59,949 nt of DNA from positions 124,001 through 183,949 of the forward strand of contig NW_026860434.1 of assembly GCF_026571515.1 (NCBI RefSeq), read 5' to 3'. This DNA is from Ruditapes philippinarum (taxonomy: Eukaryota). This document shows, in pieces, positions 24,701 to 39,700 of this stretch. Below the pieces are notes generated by a model. It worked only from the letters and a program-made list of their open reading frames with translations. It searched no databases and was not told where the DNA came from. Position 1 is the first letter of the stretch; the number at the start of each line of letters is the position of its first letter. The translations under genes and the position numbers were made by a program.

Positions 24701-27700
24701 CACTGTAAATGAACATGCGAAATCATTTAGGAAGTCTCGAAAAAAAAAAGGTTATGACCTTTATTGAACAGCATCAACTTTTTAACAGTTATTTTACACG
24801 AGGTTTTAACATGTTTTGATGTAAAATATACATATGCACTTCCATGTACTCTGCTAATTAATCTATGTAGTTCTATATCAATATAAAATTCATTTCTTAC
24901 AAAAAAGATTTAAGAAAGATATTTGATATACAGTGAAATATGCTGAATATATATTTGAGCCGCGTCACGACAAAACCAACATAATGGGTTTGCGACCAGC
25001 ATGGATCCAGACCAGCCTACGCATCCGCGCAGTCTGATCAGGATCCATGCTGTTCGCTTATAAACCCTATAACAAGTAGAGAAACTGATAGCGAACAGCA
25101 TGAATCCTGATCAGACTGTGCGGATGAGCAGGCTGGTCTGGATCCATGCTGGTCGCAAACGCATTATGTTGGTTTTGTTGTGGCACGGCTCATTTGTCTT
25201 ATATATTGCTGATAAATGCTATATTAGTTTGATTAATAAATAAATGTACATAATTTTTTTTTCACATATCATGGCCAGTAATTTATTCTTATGTTAAATA
25301 TTCTGTCACAGTAGTATATAAAATTAGACAACTATGTAATTATATAGAGGATATTTGTTTAGTTCAGTGTAAGATAGGAATATATTTCACCAAGTGAGCA
25401 CCAAAAGGTATATTTCACGAGTGGCACAGCCACGAGTGAAATATGAACTTTTGTGTTCACAATGTGAAATATATTTCGATCTTACACTAAACTAAACAAA
25501 TTTTCTTTTTATTATATGCAAATAAACGTTTTAAAAAGACATTAAACCTAATACTGAATGAAAAGCGCGCCAAATAATAATACAACGTGACGTCATTTAC
25601 GACGTCACGTCATTAAGTTGGTACCCAGTACTGTGCACGCTGGTATTTCACTGAAACAACGTAAGGGGCTTAAATTCAAAAACAGTGAAATTATCAAAGT
25701 GGTAATTTCACTGCTTCAAACAGTGAAATTACCAGTTTTATATCACTGATATATTTCTATAAACCACCGAAAAGCATGTAATAAATGTGTAGTCTTAGAG
25801 TTTAAGACAAGGGAATTTTATTTCATATTCAGATATCAGGATTTGCACAAAAGATTATTATATTGTACATATAACTGCATGGAAATAAAATATAAAAACA
25901 GATTTTTCTTTGGTAAAATATACCTCTTCCCCGATATCTTGATATATTTTACCAAAGAAAAATTATAAATGGTTTTGCCCAGACTGAAAGGTGGACAAGC
26001 CCATTTAAGATATTTGAGTTGTAAATGTTTTAAAACTCTATCTTTCTTTCTTATATGATAAAATAAATATTTATCTGGAAAACTGATTAAACTGATCCAT
26101 AATGCATTGTAGATTTTTTAAGTATTAGTTGACTATCATTGTAAAAGCATACGCTCAGTGACGTGTAAGTCCAATCTGAAATACCGTACTTACTCAATAT
26201 AAAGTTTGCCGTTCATTTTCTGAAATACAGTATTTATTCCATATAAAAGTTACCATTCATTGATGAAGTGCTCTTTATTTTAGATTTTTTGTCTTCTCCA
26301 GAAAACATTCATTAGGTGTTACTTCTAAAATACTGTATTAATCTATATCAAAGTTGCTGTTCCCTGAAGAAGGGTAAATTTTGTTCTTCAAAAAATACGA
26401 ATTTATACAAGAACATAAGAAAACATAATGGCATCTCTGTTAATGACATCAAGTATTATTTTTTTTTATATTTTTGTTGTTGTTTTTTTTATTGGTTTTA
26501 CATCACACAAACACAGTATAGGTAAAACGGCAACTTTTCAGCTTTACTGGTGAAGGAAGACCTCGCGTACTCTGTTTAATGTACTCATCGTACTGTCAAT
26601 GCGCTAAAAATACAATTCAATGGCAACATATAACACAATTTAATGGCATCTATGTTCAATTACATCATACATATGTACTTAAACCAATTTTCTATAAGAG
26701 GGGGTGCTTATAAGAGGGTATATGGTTTACTTTCAGAATCTGCAAATAGCTTCAAATTTCACACGCTGGCACATGACCTTACACTTTCGGCTCATGTTAC
26801 AATACAAGAAGTTTCAACATCTCCACTACATATATAACAGAGATTATTATAAGTACTTGAGTCATATTTATATATAAAACAAAAAAAATCAAATCTACAT
26901 CATTAGCAATAAATACTTCAGAAAGGAAATTGGCTGGAGCTAAAAATAAACTTCCTGGCTGTGAAAAGTAAGTTTTTTGTTTAATTAACATAACATTCAC
27001 TATATATTTTTGTTTTTGTTATATAAAAAGAGGCCTGATATCAGATATGATCTGAGGCTGATATCTGCCTGTTTTATTTGCTTTGGTGGCTCAATATTTC
27101 ATGCCATAAATCTTAGTAATAATTGTAATTGAATAAAGTCTCCTTAAATAAATCACGATTTTGTGATCATAAATGAAAGTTGGTATAATATGCCATCATA
27201 ATACTGAATAATTAAAGCCGCATGCCTAAAGATGAGCCAAAATGTTTCAAGAAAATCCAACTTGAGAAAAATGTATGAAGATTTTAGAGAAAGTAAACTG
27301 ATACAAGATTCAAGTAGTAATTTACATGTTATGTGTGATTAATGACTGATTTTGCAGTTACATAATTTATCACATATTTCAACAGCTGCATTACTAACAC
27401 TGAGTATCTTACTTAGGGCTAATTTTGCATATTTTGATCACTTTTTGGTTACTTACGTAGATTATGTAATAGCATGACACAAGTTGTAAATTACTTTCTT
27501 TGCTCACTTAACAATATTTTGCTTTCAAATACATTTTCAAAAATTCATGAAAATTATCATGAATCTGGAGACACACTGTTTTAAAGCTGCATAAAATGGG
27601 AAACAAGAGGGCCATGATGGCCCCGAGGTCGCTCACCTGTATATAGCCCCCCCCCCCCCCAGGCCAATTTTTACCCAAGGGCTTTTATTTGAACAGACTT

Positions 27701-30700
27701 GGTAGACACCCATAAGAAGATGCTTCGTGCTAAACATCTAAGTTCTAGCTCATTGGGTTTTTTAAAAGAAGATTTTTTAAGTTTTAACTATACACATATA
27801 GTTAAAAACAATGACACCCCTGGGGCAGGGCCAGTTTTGACCCCCGGGCTTTTATTTGAACAAACTTTGTAGATATTTACTTAAAAATGTTTCATGTATA
27901 ATATTTAAACTCAAGCTATTTGGGTTTTTTCAAAGAAGATTTTTAACTTTTTGCTATACATATATAAGGAAAATCAATGACCCCCGGGGCGGGCCAGTTT
28001 TGACCCCAGGGCTTTTATTTGAACATACTTGGTAGACACCCATTAGAACATGTTTCATGCTAAATATCTTAGCTCTAGCTCTTTGAGTTCTTTAAAAGAA
28101 GATTTTTTAAGTTTTTACTATATGCAAATAGGGAAAATCAATGACCCCCTGGGGCGGGGCCAATTTTGACCCCAGGGCTTTTATTTGAACAAACTTGGTA
28201 GACACTCATTTGAAGATGTTTCATGTCAAATATCTTAGCTCTAGCTCTTTGGGTTCTTTTAAAGAAGATTTTTTAAGTTTTTACTATATGCATATAGGGA
28301 AAATCTATGACCCCTTGGACAGGGCCAATTTTGACCCCAGGGCTTTTATTTGAACAAACTTGGTAGACATTCACTAGAAGATGTTTCATGTCAAATATCT
28401 AAGCTCTAGCTCTTACGGTTCTTTAAAAGAAGATTTTTTAAGTTTTTACTATATGCATATAGGGAAAATCAATGACCCCCCGGGGCAGGGCCAATTTTGA
28501 CCCAAGGGCTTTTATTTGAACAAACTTGGTTGACACTCACTAGAAGATATTTCATGTCAAATATCTTAGCTCTAGCTCTTTGGGTTCTTTAAAAGAAGAT
28601 TTTTTTAGTTTTTACTATATGCATATAGGGAAAATCTATGACCCCCTGGGGCAGGGCCAATTTTGACCTCAGGGCTTTTATTTGAACAAACTTGGTAGAC
28701 ACTCATTAGAAGATGTTTCATGCTAAATATCTTAGCTCTAGCTCTTTGGGTTCTTTAAAAGAAGATTTTTTTTAAGTTTTTACTATATGCATATAGGGAA
28801 AATCAATGACCCCCTGGGGCGGGGCCAATTTTGACCCCAGGGCTTTTATTTGAACAAACTTGGTAGACATTCACTAGAAGATGTTTCATGTCAAATATCT
28901 AAGCTCTAGCTCTTACGGTTCTTTAAAAGAAGATATTTAAAGAATTTTCTTTCGGTTGCCATGGCAACCAGAGTTCTGCATGAAATGGAATTCTTTGAAC
29001 AATCTTGATAGAGCTTCATACAAAGAGTATTCCTGCCAAGTTTCATTAACATTGGCCTTGCGGTATCATAGAAGATGTCCTTTGAATATTTAAAATGTGG
29101 ACGGACGACAGACGACGGACGCCATTTGGTTGGCCATCCTAAAAGCTCACCTGCACTTTGTGCAAGGTGAGCTAAAAAACTCAAACATAACATAAACAGA
29201 TAAACTAATATTTTCAATGTTGATTGTTACAGATAGGAACTTTTCTCATAAAAAAACTTTTTTTTTTTTTCACCACTTAAAACCCCCACTTATAAAGGAT
29301 TTTAAGGCTTTTAAATTTTATTATTTTTTAATCAGTTTTATTTATCTTTTTTCCCCAAAATTTAAAAGCATATGTATACCAACTTCATCAAATCATTTTT
29401 TATAAATTACTGTATTCAGATGTGAAGAATATATATTAACTTTTTACTGTATGAGCATAATTGTGAAAAATAGCTGATTTCATTGAAAAGCCTCCTGTTA
29501 CAATTTCAAACTGCTTTGAAAATGTAAGAAAATGCTTCAATACTGATCAAACTTGGCACAAATGTTGACTGGACCATAGCCTTTTATTTCCTGTTACCAT
29601 GGCAATGGGAGACATCTCAAAATTACCAAATCAATATTTTGCGTTGATTTTTTCTATCAAAACTGATTTCAAAGTGCTGCAACTTCTCATTGGTTTGAGA
29701 TAGAGTCAAAGGCTTTTCAGCTTTGGTTAACACATTATGTTAAGATCAACCTTAAGTCATTTTTAGCCTCCGCAAGTCTATAAAATTTTCTTGGAGATGA
29801 GGAGGGGGGCTGCTGACCCCATCCAAACCTCTAAGCAGAAGGGGGCACATCATATTTTTAAAACAAAAACAAGTGTTTGGGCCAAATATGACATTTTTTC
29901 ACTATTTGAAGCCTCAAAAAAGAGGGGGGGGGGGGGGGGGCGGGTGAAGAGCAGTCAAAACACAACTATAAGGGTAAAGGTTTAATGAAGTTTCTTTGAC
30001 TGTAAACCACAAACTCAGGACTTGAACTTGCACATTTGCAGCTCACTTATGACCTAAGTCAGTCCACGTAATCAGACAGCATCACTATACTTGTGTATAT
30101 TTCAAAATGTTTACTGTAAATTCACTTAATTTTGTGGGCATGTAATTCCGTGATTTTGTCTCAAAGAATATTTTTGTGAGTTCTTAAATTTGTGGATTGT
30201 TTATTTATTTTCAAAAGGTAAATTATAAATAATGTACAGCAAAATAATTTTACAGCAGATGAAATAAAATTCCGTTTGATCTTAAATTTGTGGATTGACC
30301 TATACACGAAAATTAGTGCCCTAGGAATAATAATGATTTTGCAGTATATCTTCCATTATAGTACATAAGCACAGGCTGTATTTAGCTCTATTATCCATGC
30401 ATTTAATATACTAAACTTCCCTTGTAATTAAAAAACAATTTACATAAACTGAATGTTCTTTCATTTTCTGATGCTAAATTAAAATCAACCCTTTCTATGA
30501 TAAATATCTTAAGAGGACTTGTCCGTCTTTAAAGAGGATTTTTCTTTAAGATAAGGCATGTTTTCAATAAGTATTTCAAATATTGAAAAAAAATATATAT
30601 ATATATCAACATTTGGATATTCAATTTATATAAAATGTTGCTAGAAAAAATACAAGACTACCGTACATACAAGACTTACAGAATATAAAGCTGTATCTAA

Positions 30701-33700
30701 TGAAATATTTCTATAAAATTAATAAACAGTAAAATTATATTGTTTCCATATTATTATGGACCATTTTTAAAAGAAAGAGTTGTAATAAACAATAACACAC
30801 ATAAATATTGTAAGTATACAGAAAAAAATGTTCCAGAAAAAAATATTATTCCAAATATTTTTTATTTATAGCATGATTTAGTGCATGTACCATTCGTTTT
30901 TAAGGCAATTTACTAACATATTTGTTTGGAAATATTCTTCTTTAAAATTCAAACAATATTTTTACAGCAGATATATAGCTTTATACACTTTAATGAACAC
31001 CAATAAATTACAACTCAACAAAGTTATTTATTTAAAACACTAAATAATAACTTCAAAGAGAAAGACCTTGTGTTCACATTCCTACACATCATGAATCATG
31101 TGTCATTAGTGGTAATAAAGCAATATTTTACAAAATTAATTACATTAATCTGTCATCCCAGTGAATATTGTATCTTAATATATTTAGTAAAAGAGACAAA
31201 ATATTAAATTACAGCTTTTTGGTCTCAATACCTTTACAGCACCAAATTTGTATAATGGACTGGTCTGCTTTAAAATTTGGAACAGTCCTTCTCACTTCAA
31301 GGGATTTCAATATAGAAGCAGATAGAAATGAACTTGCCCAAATTTCTTTCATTTCTGGAAAAAATTCTCATTTTTTAAGGATCATCATCACCTTAGTGCA
31401 AAACTGGTAAACTCCTATTAAAAATTACAAGGACTTAACCAGTTTTACTGCGCCAAAATTGATGATATGAAATTATATGAAAGCAAAGGTGCGACCAGAT
31501 CCGAAGCAAGATTTGTGCCAGCTAATCTTGCTCTTGGGCCTTGTTGTTGATGGTAGAAATAATTTGCAAGCACGCTGAAGGTAAATTACCCATAAATAAC
31601 ACCAAGTCAAGTTTTTTAAAACTATAATTCTAAATTTAAAGTTAAAATTTTACAGCAGAAAAAGGCCTGGTGATAGATGTATAATATTATAGATATTTAT
31701 TGGCTTAAAAGGAATCAATGATCAAGTTTTCTATAATCAGGACATTTTTAAGTAGCCATGAGTGGTAGGTACCTGGCTTGAAATTTTAGATAAATTTAAA
31801 AATTCCAGATAAAGACCTTTTAATAAATCTCAAACTTTTAAATCCTAGATTAATTGTTTAATGGTGTCAGAAGGGAAATGATCAACTTAGTGTGTAAAAT
31901 CATAGTCTCCCGTCAACAGATGAAGTTAACAGAGATAGATCAGCTCTGCGGAGAAGAGGAATAAAATTTGGAAAGTATATATGCATAACTTCATCATATA
32001 ATTTAGATAGGTATGAAATAATTTGGGATATATAAAACACCCGGAAAAAACTTTTCTTAATTGAAAAATTTTTTTTTTTAAAACATTATATAATTTACAA
32101 GAAATCTTCCAAATCTACAAAATATCAAACTACTTGGAAAAGCATGATGTAAAAATCTGTGCATGATTTGGTAAACTGTAACCGGTACTTTAAATAAATT
32201 GGAAAAGGAAAAATTAATAATGATTTGGAACAGTATCCTTTGATTTGGATGTAGCAGACATAACTAAACTGATAAAAACTTTAATTTTTTTATTTAATTT
32301 GAAACAAAACAACAACATCAAGACATCTGGATACATTGCATAATAATGGCATAGGGATGTTAATCTGTATTTGACCTTCGATCTGTCAGGTAATTCATTA
32401 ATTTTATCATTACACAATGTTTATTATGCTCATCTAGATTAAATACGGACAAGTATTTGCCTATATATTATAACAAACCCATCTAATTAGCTATTAATAT
32501 TATGTATCCAGCTCATTACACTGTCTCGATATAGACATATACTAACTTTCATAGGACGGGGACGTTTATGGACAGATATTGACATATAAATATTTATTTC
32601 GGCTCATATACCTATCACGGTTTATATACAGATGTTTTATAAAAAATTGACATTCATGTCAAACTGTGCTGTCTGGAATTACTTCGGAAACGAAACGAAT
32701 GTGTTAATTTTTTTCATACATGTGAACAAAATTTAAATGATCTATGGAGGATAGCCTCGAGGGATGAATTGTGTTTGAAACAATGCATAAACTTAAATGC
32801 TTTGTTTTTGAACATAGTTTTGCATCAATATGTAATGGTAATTATATATTTTTTGAGAAAAATAAATAATACTTTTTGACAATCAAAATTTAATTGTTAT
32901 TGAGATTTTCAACAACTTACTTCTGACTTTATGCTTTTAAAAAACAAACAAACAATCTTTTCCATTTTTAAATGGGTTTTATGTCACACAAGACTGTTAA
33001 CATCAGATGGCAACTTTTCAACTTTACTGTTGGAGGAAGACCTCAGTGCATTTTTTCAGGCACAAGGTGGGGGAGATTTACGAAAGAATCCAATGTCCCT
33101 GGCAGGATTCTAACCCACGCTAGTGGTTGTAAGTGTCAAAGGCCTTAGCTACTTGGCCACAGATATCCCATTAAAACATATGGATTGATGCTATTGAAAC
33201 TTGAGGTGTCACTACATGGTGGTACTATGCCTGAATTTGCAGTGAAAGAACCTACAAGACAGCATACTATTGCAAAACTTTGAAACACAAAAAAGTATGA
33301 TTATGCAAAAAAATCATTCCGTAGTTTTACTCAGGTGCCTACTTGTTGACTAATATAAAGCATGGAGGAGCACCTGAGGTCTGATTCCCTCCACCAGTAA
33401 ACCTGGAAAGTTGCCATATTACATTAACAAAGTTGGACTGACTTTAAACCCAAACAAAAATTTCTGATAATCACTTGCATTTGAGGCCCAATTTTTCTCC
33501 AATTCTTCAATAAATGGGCTAAACTTTATCATATTTCAGCTTTTACACAACACTATTTCAACTCAATAAATCTAAAGATCTTTTTAATACAGTATTGCAC
33601 TGAATTCGGAATAAAACCAGGTTTCACGCAGGGTGGAGTGACTTTGTCGATGATAAAGTCAGCGGCAATCGAAATCCTGCAAATCAATCTGACCTAATCG

Positions 33701-36700
33701 CTACTGATAAGACATGACAACTTTGTCAATATAAAAGAAAAGACAGTGCACTAAATGTTCACCAAAACAAATATTCTGTAAACAGCAACCATATTTAATT
33801 AACGTCTTGAAACTCCAACGAGGTTCCATTTTTAATCTTATAGGCACTTATGTTTTGTGATATGGTCTTTTTCTTCTTGGTGAACATTGAGTATTAATCA
33901 TTTGGTTTGTGAGATTTTTTTTCTTTTAAGGTGATAATATCTTCACTATGCATGTTTATTTAAAAGTTTTTTTATCATAGTCACTGGCTACCATCTGAAC
34001 CTGTTGCTCCTAAAAACATTTGCTGCAAAATTTAAAGTGTTAGGTAGACATCATTCTTTTGACCCTTAAACTAATAATCATGTTCTTTAATGAACTTTTT
34101 CATTTTTTTTAAGGGTACTTATTAGTAAATATGGTTAAAAAGCTGGATAATTGCGCGTGAGAAATACTTAAACCCACTTAAATAATAATAATCAAATAGG
34201 AAAAAAAAACCTTACATTTACTCCAATTTATTTCCTTTTTTACAACAATATAAGTTCATTGTAGATTCATTTTAATAACTAAATTATCAACAACAAAAGA
34301 CAACAACAAAAGAACATCAAGAATCTACTTGACAAAGTCTTACAAAAAGGAAAATAATTTAAGTAATGTTTTAACAACAGGAGTTACGGCACTTGAAAAT
34401 TAATCATTTATTTGTTTCAAAACACAAGTAATTATGTTGATCCAATTTCATATTTTTCCACAGATTTGATAGAACAATCCTACCATTAAGGACAGCACAA
34501 AATAATGTTCGATTACCCAGCAAAAATGATCTCTCAGCAGTTTCAAAATAAAATGTATAGAACAATTACTGGTAATTACCTCCGGTGACAATTGAAATTA
34601 CTTTCCAAATACCTCGCTTGACAATTGAAATTCATTTCCAATAATCTCCCTTGACAATTGAGATTCATTTCCAATTACCTCCCTTGACAATTGAAATTCA
34701 TCTCCAATTACCTCCCTTGACAATTGAAATTTATTTCCAATTACCTCCCTTTACAATTGAAAATTCATTTCTTTTCATGGGCACTAATGAAACATACGAG
34801 AAACCTCTGAAAAATTACAATGAGTATTTGACTGGATGAAAATTTTTCTATCCTTAATTTGGTTTAAAAAAAAATAGAAATAATAATGGACTACCCCTTT
34901 AAAAAAACACATATTTCATACACATAATGTGTTGTCATGGTAACAAAATCAGCATGTCATCTACTTGTGATATAAATAACTAATAGGAATCAATAGAGAA
35001 CTATATGTATTATATCCATACAAAGGAAATTCTCCCTCAGTGTTCATTATAATATCTAATAAAAATATCAAACAACACTATTTCTGAAAGCTCTTTTAAA
35101 ACACTTTACAGCAACTCATCTCCAGATCCATGCTTTTAGTTTGTGTTGTTGTTTTTTAAGTGTTCCAAACAGAAAAATTCTCATCAAATGTCTGAATAAA
35201 AAGATTTAAAGCTGCAAGTCTCCAGACGAGTAAAAACTAGAAATGTGTCCATAGGACACGGATGCCCCCACACGCCACTGTTCTGTCAATCTTATGACTC
35301 TAAGGTCAAATATTTTTTGGACTACATGTGCCACAAGTTGAAAACTAAAAATCAACAAAGGGCCATAATTCTGTTAAATTTGGTCGCAGCAAAAATTCCT
35401 TCCTTTACTACCATCTACACATTAAGGTTGTTCATCCCTGGAAGTTTAAGCAAAATCTGCCATCCGGTTTAAGAGGAGTTGCGTTCACAAAATTTCTACA
35501 TAGTATGTAGTGAAAAAATCAACAAAGGGCCATAATTCTGTTAAATTTGGTCGCAGCAAAAATTCCTTCCTTTCGGGACGTACGGACATACCAACTTTTG
35601 ATGTTTATGAGGCAAATCAGCTCATAAACACCACCTGGACCAACGTCCATAAGCAAAATAAGCTCATAAAAACAAAAAAATAGCTCTTAATTTGAATTTT
35701 ATGAGTTTTTGTTCTTTATTTAACTACGGAATGAAGCTCATAATAATCAAATGTTTGCTCGGACAGACAGACGGACGGACAGACGTACGGACACTCAGAC
35801 GGACAAGTGCAACGCTATATGCTCCCACTCTGTGGGGGCATAAAAATTCAAGAAAGTCAATTTTGTGAAAAGACAAAGAGTTGGAAAATTTATATATATT
35901 TGTACTTATTTTAACACCTGAAATATTCTTGTTAAGTCCTTGAAAATCTTTTTACTCATCTAGCTGTATGTATGTAGCTTAAAGGTAGAATGCTACAGCC
36001 TCTGTTTGAATGCATGCTGCGTATTTCATCAAAGTCCAATAAAAAATCAAATTTATGCCGTTATAATGTTCAAGAGAAACACAAAACAAAACCTCTTGCA
36101 TATCAGTAGATATATGACATTAGAAATAATTTGCAAAGTTAACCAAAAAGTTCTCAAAGATAATGCAAGTTACAAATGGATTTAACACCTTAAACCATCT
36201 TGACGGCTTTTTTCTGCTTTAAAAATGGATCTTATAAAAATAAAAAGATTCAAAAGATCAAATGACATTTGAATCTAAAAATATATCTCTATAAAATTCT
36301 ATTATACAGCTTGCGGTGAAACGATTCAGAAGAACATTAATTTAAATTGACTATCAATATAGGGTTTAGGAATCACAAACAAATCTCTAATCTATTCTGG
36401 CCTAACTTTTCTGATAAGCAAAATGTGTTAGGTCTTTTTATTATTAGTAACTTACTTTACCAGGAGAGTTTAATTTCTGCGATATAAAAATTGTTAAAAC
36501 ATGGAAAGGTATGTTAAATTTATGTTTTTTATTTCAAATAAAAACATAAAATAAACATGTTTATTGAGGTTTTTTGACATGACGAGACTGGAAATATTTT
36601 TTCGAGATAAATGCTCAGTTTGATGAAGGTCTAGATCAGTAACTTGTGTGCAAAATTTTAGATCATTTGCTCTCTCGGTTTATCTAGGGTAATTATTCAA

Positions 36701-39700
36701 GCAGTGAAAAATGACCCAAAATTGAAAAGCGTTTAAACGCTTTTCACTCAAATCATATCAAAAATGTCACAAAAATAGGCTTTTCAATTCATTTCTGAGT
36801 AAATAGTAAATTTCTTAATTATTTTTTCATGTCTTCCTGTTTTACGTGCCCCAGCTGATCTGTGTAAAAAAAATTTTTTTTATGATTTTAGGCTTTTGAA
36901 CCTCAGTGGAGTTCCTTTAAACATAAAATTTTGTCTTTAAGAGATAGGTAATCTAATTTAATTTTGTAAATATAGAATATAGAATATAGATAGGTACCTA
37001 ATTCAATTTTATTGATATAGATTCAAGTTAGGTATCTAATTCTAACTGGAAATTTAATTAATCCTCAAATTCCTTAATTTAACAGCTCATCCTGACAACT
37101 TTCACCTACTGGTTCATATTGAGGATACGCCTGATCTATGGGTAGACACATATTCAAGTTGACTTTAGTTTAGGCTAAATGTTATTAGAATATGATATCC
37201 CAAAATTCAATTCCGTGTTTACTAGAGAAATCTGTATATTCCTGGTGAAAAAGATATTTTCAAAATTTTTCAAAAAGACATCAGTATTATCTAATTTTAT
37301 ACATTTAATTTTATTTCTTTCAACGTCAAATTATAAATAAATGAATCATTTAAATCTCCTTTTTTGCCAGTACTTACTATAGTTGTCATCCATAGAAATG
37401 ATATATATGTATCATTGATATTTCTCTGTCGATCAATAACGGATACACATTTGAAAAAATCGATTATTTTGATTTATTATTTTAATGTCTATGAATTATG
37501 AAAATTCATCCAAAAAATATACAAAAACAGGTGGCCATGTCTAACACTAAGCTGTTGTTATATAATTGAAACATTACATAGCGGTGATGACAAAAAATGG
37601 TTAAGAAAAAAATCATGCAAAGAACATTTATAAACTGGACACAACATATTTGTATGAGCAAAACATATATCTTACTAAAATCATTTAAACAGGTATGAAA
37701 GTGATTATATATACAAGAAATTAGGAGTATGTATCAATATATTGGTGTATCCAAATTATTTGTCATCCGATATCAATGTATCGTCAATATACTTTGCAAT
37801 GAATCAATGACAGCTCTAGTTCTTACCAGATTTTCAACAAGAAACTACCAATTGCCGAAATCTCTACCTAAATTATTCAATTTTGAAAAATTACTGATGA
37901 ATGGATCAATATTTATTGTTATAAAACAAAAATGTTTCACAAAATATGGGTCACACCCATGACTTAAACTGGTCAATCAATGATTTTTAAAGTTAATAAA
38001 CTATCTACTGGGATTATCAGACAGACTTCCTTTTCAATTACTAGTCAAATCTGTGGAAAAATAGAGAGAACAAGAATCCCTACAGAAAGCCCAACCCAGC
38101 AAAATATAAAATGTTGCTGGCTCGGTTACATGGAGCCTGTTCATGACTACAATGTCATGTTCTTCTAAATGAAACAACATGCTCATATAAAAAGTTTATG
38201 ATTTGATCAATCCACTCTGCAAATATGAAATATCACATTTCTTTTTATTGTACTGTACTTATTTAGAAAATGAAATCTTTGACAGGATAATAGATATATT
38301 TAACATCCAAAAACCTTCTAAAAAAAAAAAGCTTTAACGAAAGCAGATACATTGAAAGTGTTGTAAATATTCAAATGAAAAAAAAACAAAAAACGTCACA
38401 ATTTACTTAGATTTTTTTTCTTTTACAGACAAGGCCCACCTGACTTAAGGACGCACCAACAATTCAAACAGCCATGTCAGGAAGAAAGAAAAATGGGCAG
38501 ATAACTCCAATAGAGAAAATGGAGATGCAGGAAGTGTGTGCATATAGGCCCAAGTCAGGCAGCATGGTCTCAAGCATTCCGTGCTGCAGAACACTCCATG
38601 ACAAATTTTGTTTTAAACTGGTTGTGTTCTTGGCCGTATTTGTTCTCGATGCCGTGGATCTTGTCAGTGATTGGCTACTTTATGCAGATGTCGCTGGTGC
38701 CGAGGAAGGGCTGGTTTACGGACCACCGGAGGATGTGATACGCTACCTGCTACTCACATTCTCAATAATCGGTTCATTAACATTCACTTTTGAAATCATA
38801 AATTTATGGTGGGAAATTTTCCGCGATGATCCTTGGATCGACGTTGACCTACTTTCAGCCATTACTGTCTGGATAGAGGACGTCCCCCAAATAACAATCA
38901 ACGTTGTCATCGTAGCTTGTCGTGAAGAGGCAATAAGTTATTTTCAGCTTGTAAAGGCGTCTGTGATAATAATAGGTGCGGTCATCAGGATAATTGTCTC
39001 TTTAGTACGGTATTGCGGTAAAAAGGCTCGGCATGACCTTCAGTGTGCCCGTGTCAATCCTGAATCGAGGCGGCACGTTGTTTATAGAGTATTTATTATG
39101 ATAGCTCTCATACTAACACTAGGAGGCGCTATAACTATCTTTATGTTTACACAGTCTGAACGAAATCCCGATGGAAGTTTGAATTTCAAAATCCCTCACA
39201 GTGTGGTCGAGGGCGAGTATGATGATCAGAAATATTTCCAGGATGTAAACATCTTCTTTGCTCACGAGCTTTTTGACTGGGACTCAACTTCAGTCACTTC
39301 TGCCGAACAGTTAAACCTTGTCCGATTGTTCAAAATCAATGATATAAAAAATGAAAAGATTGACAGAACAATCAAAATACAATATGACACGGCAACTGGT
39401 CCGACGAAAGTAGTAATATGGGAAAGTGACGTAAGTGGCTCTATGCAAGTCAAGGAATGCTTCACAATGGATCGGAGCGGTAAAACAATTACCATCGGAA
39501 CAAACTGTGCGACGTACATTTCTGCTCCATTTAACCAATATGTGCTGAAATTCCACTATATCAAACCGTCGGTCCCAAGTCTTATATTTGGTGACATTAA
39601 ATATAACATCAAAGTCCAATACAGCTCTTCTACAAATTGTGAAACCCCCAACTTTGTCATCAATAACAACCTCAAGGACAGATCCAAAAACAGTAAAGTT

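Noticed and set aside
28906-29217. 103-aa ORF with a signal-peptide-like start
   Set aside because: Lies across a HINE terminus and is made of repeat sequence
35979-36920. Possible TTAA-flanked Kolobok-like MITE (TTAAAGG...CCTTTAA)
   Set aside because: Inverted match does not extend beyond ~7 bp
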